From assembly GCA_963745035.1 (NCBI GenBank), contig CAVUVW010000014.1, positions 416,001 to 480,000 on the forward strand: 64,000 bases of DNA, written 5' to 3'. Below are positions 63,950 through 64,000 of this stretch, one piece after another. Source of the stretch: an uncultured delta proteobacterium (lineage in GTDB: Bacteria; Desulfobacterota; Binatia; UBA9968). Made by a program: the position numbers and the translations under genes. The notes beneath the pieces are model-generated. The model was given only the letters and a program-made list of their open reading frames with translations, had not been told where the DNA came from and searched no databases. Position 1 is the stretch's first letter. Each line of letters opens with the position of its first letter.

Positions 63950-64000
63950 CTAGCTCTTCTTGGGCTCCTGCTTAGCGGCAGGTGCCGCGGGCTTGTCGGC
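63950..64000 (-). CDS. C-terminal end of an upstream gene, probably the TRAP SBP (partial)
   Basis: ADKPAAPAAKQEPKKS* read from the window edge, directly upstream of dctQ. Confidence 0.5.
   Translation of the reverse strand, partial: ADKPAAPAAKQEPKKS

Overview
64 kb of a GC-rich bacterial chromosome, probably Deltaproteobacteria-like (Candidatus Binatia/Binatota-type gene content; this is inference). It carries many single-base indels that most likely come from long-read assembly error. Left arm (1-12.6 kb): a co-directional signalling cluster with two GAF histidine kinases, Tat-exported solute-binding proteins, a SCO protein, a REP-flanked DUF559 cassette, a single-domain response regulator, a REC-class III cyclase, a metallo-beta-lactamase-fold hydrolase, an SBP and an unusual cNMP-binding/MalT-like-TPR/DASS transporter fusion. 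13-29 kb: a Cys-rich secreted protein, a repeat-rich haemagglutinin-like TpsA, TpsB, DUF928, an exported TPR-CHAT caspase-like protease, a lipoprotein and a CHASE2 cyclase with guanylate-cyclase-like specificity residues. This locus is the best candidate for an uncharacterised protease-coupled envelope signalling system. 30-53 kb: mostly housekeeping genes (DsbA-like, Fe3+-type ABC transporter, sigma54 activator, tlpA/ccdA, folE, pepA, trxA, rodA-mrdA-mreDCB, ppiD, lipB/lipA), plus a stand-alone 16-aa Lys/Ala microprotein gene missed by the ORF track. Right arm: an aminotransferase/Fe-S/unknown/TRAP operon, an amidase and a second TRAP system. No rRNA, tRNA, CRISPR array or intact transposase was recognised.
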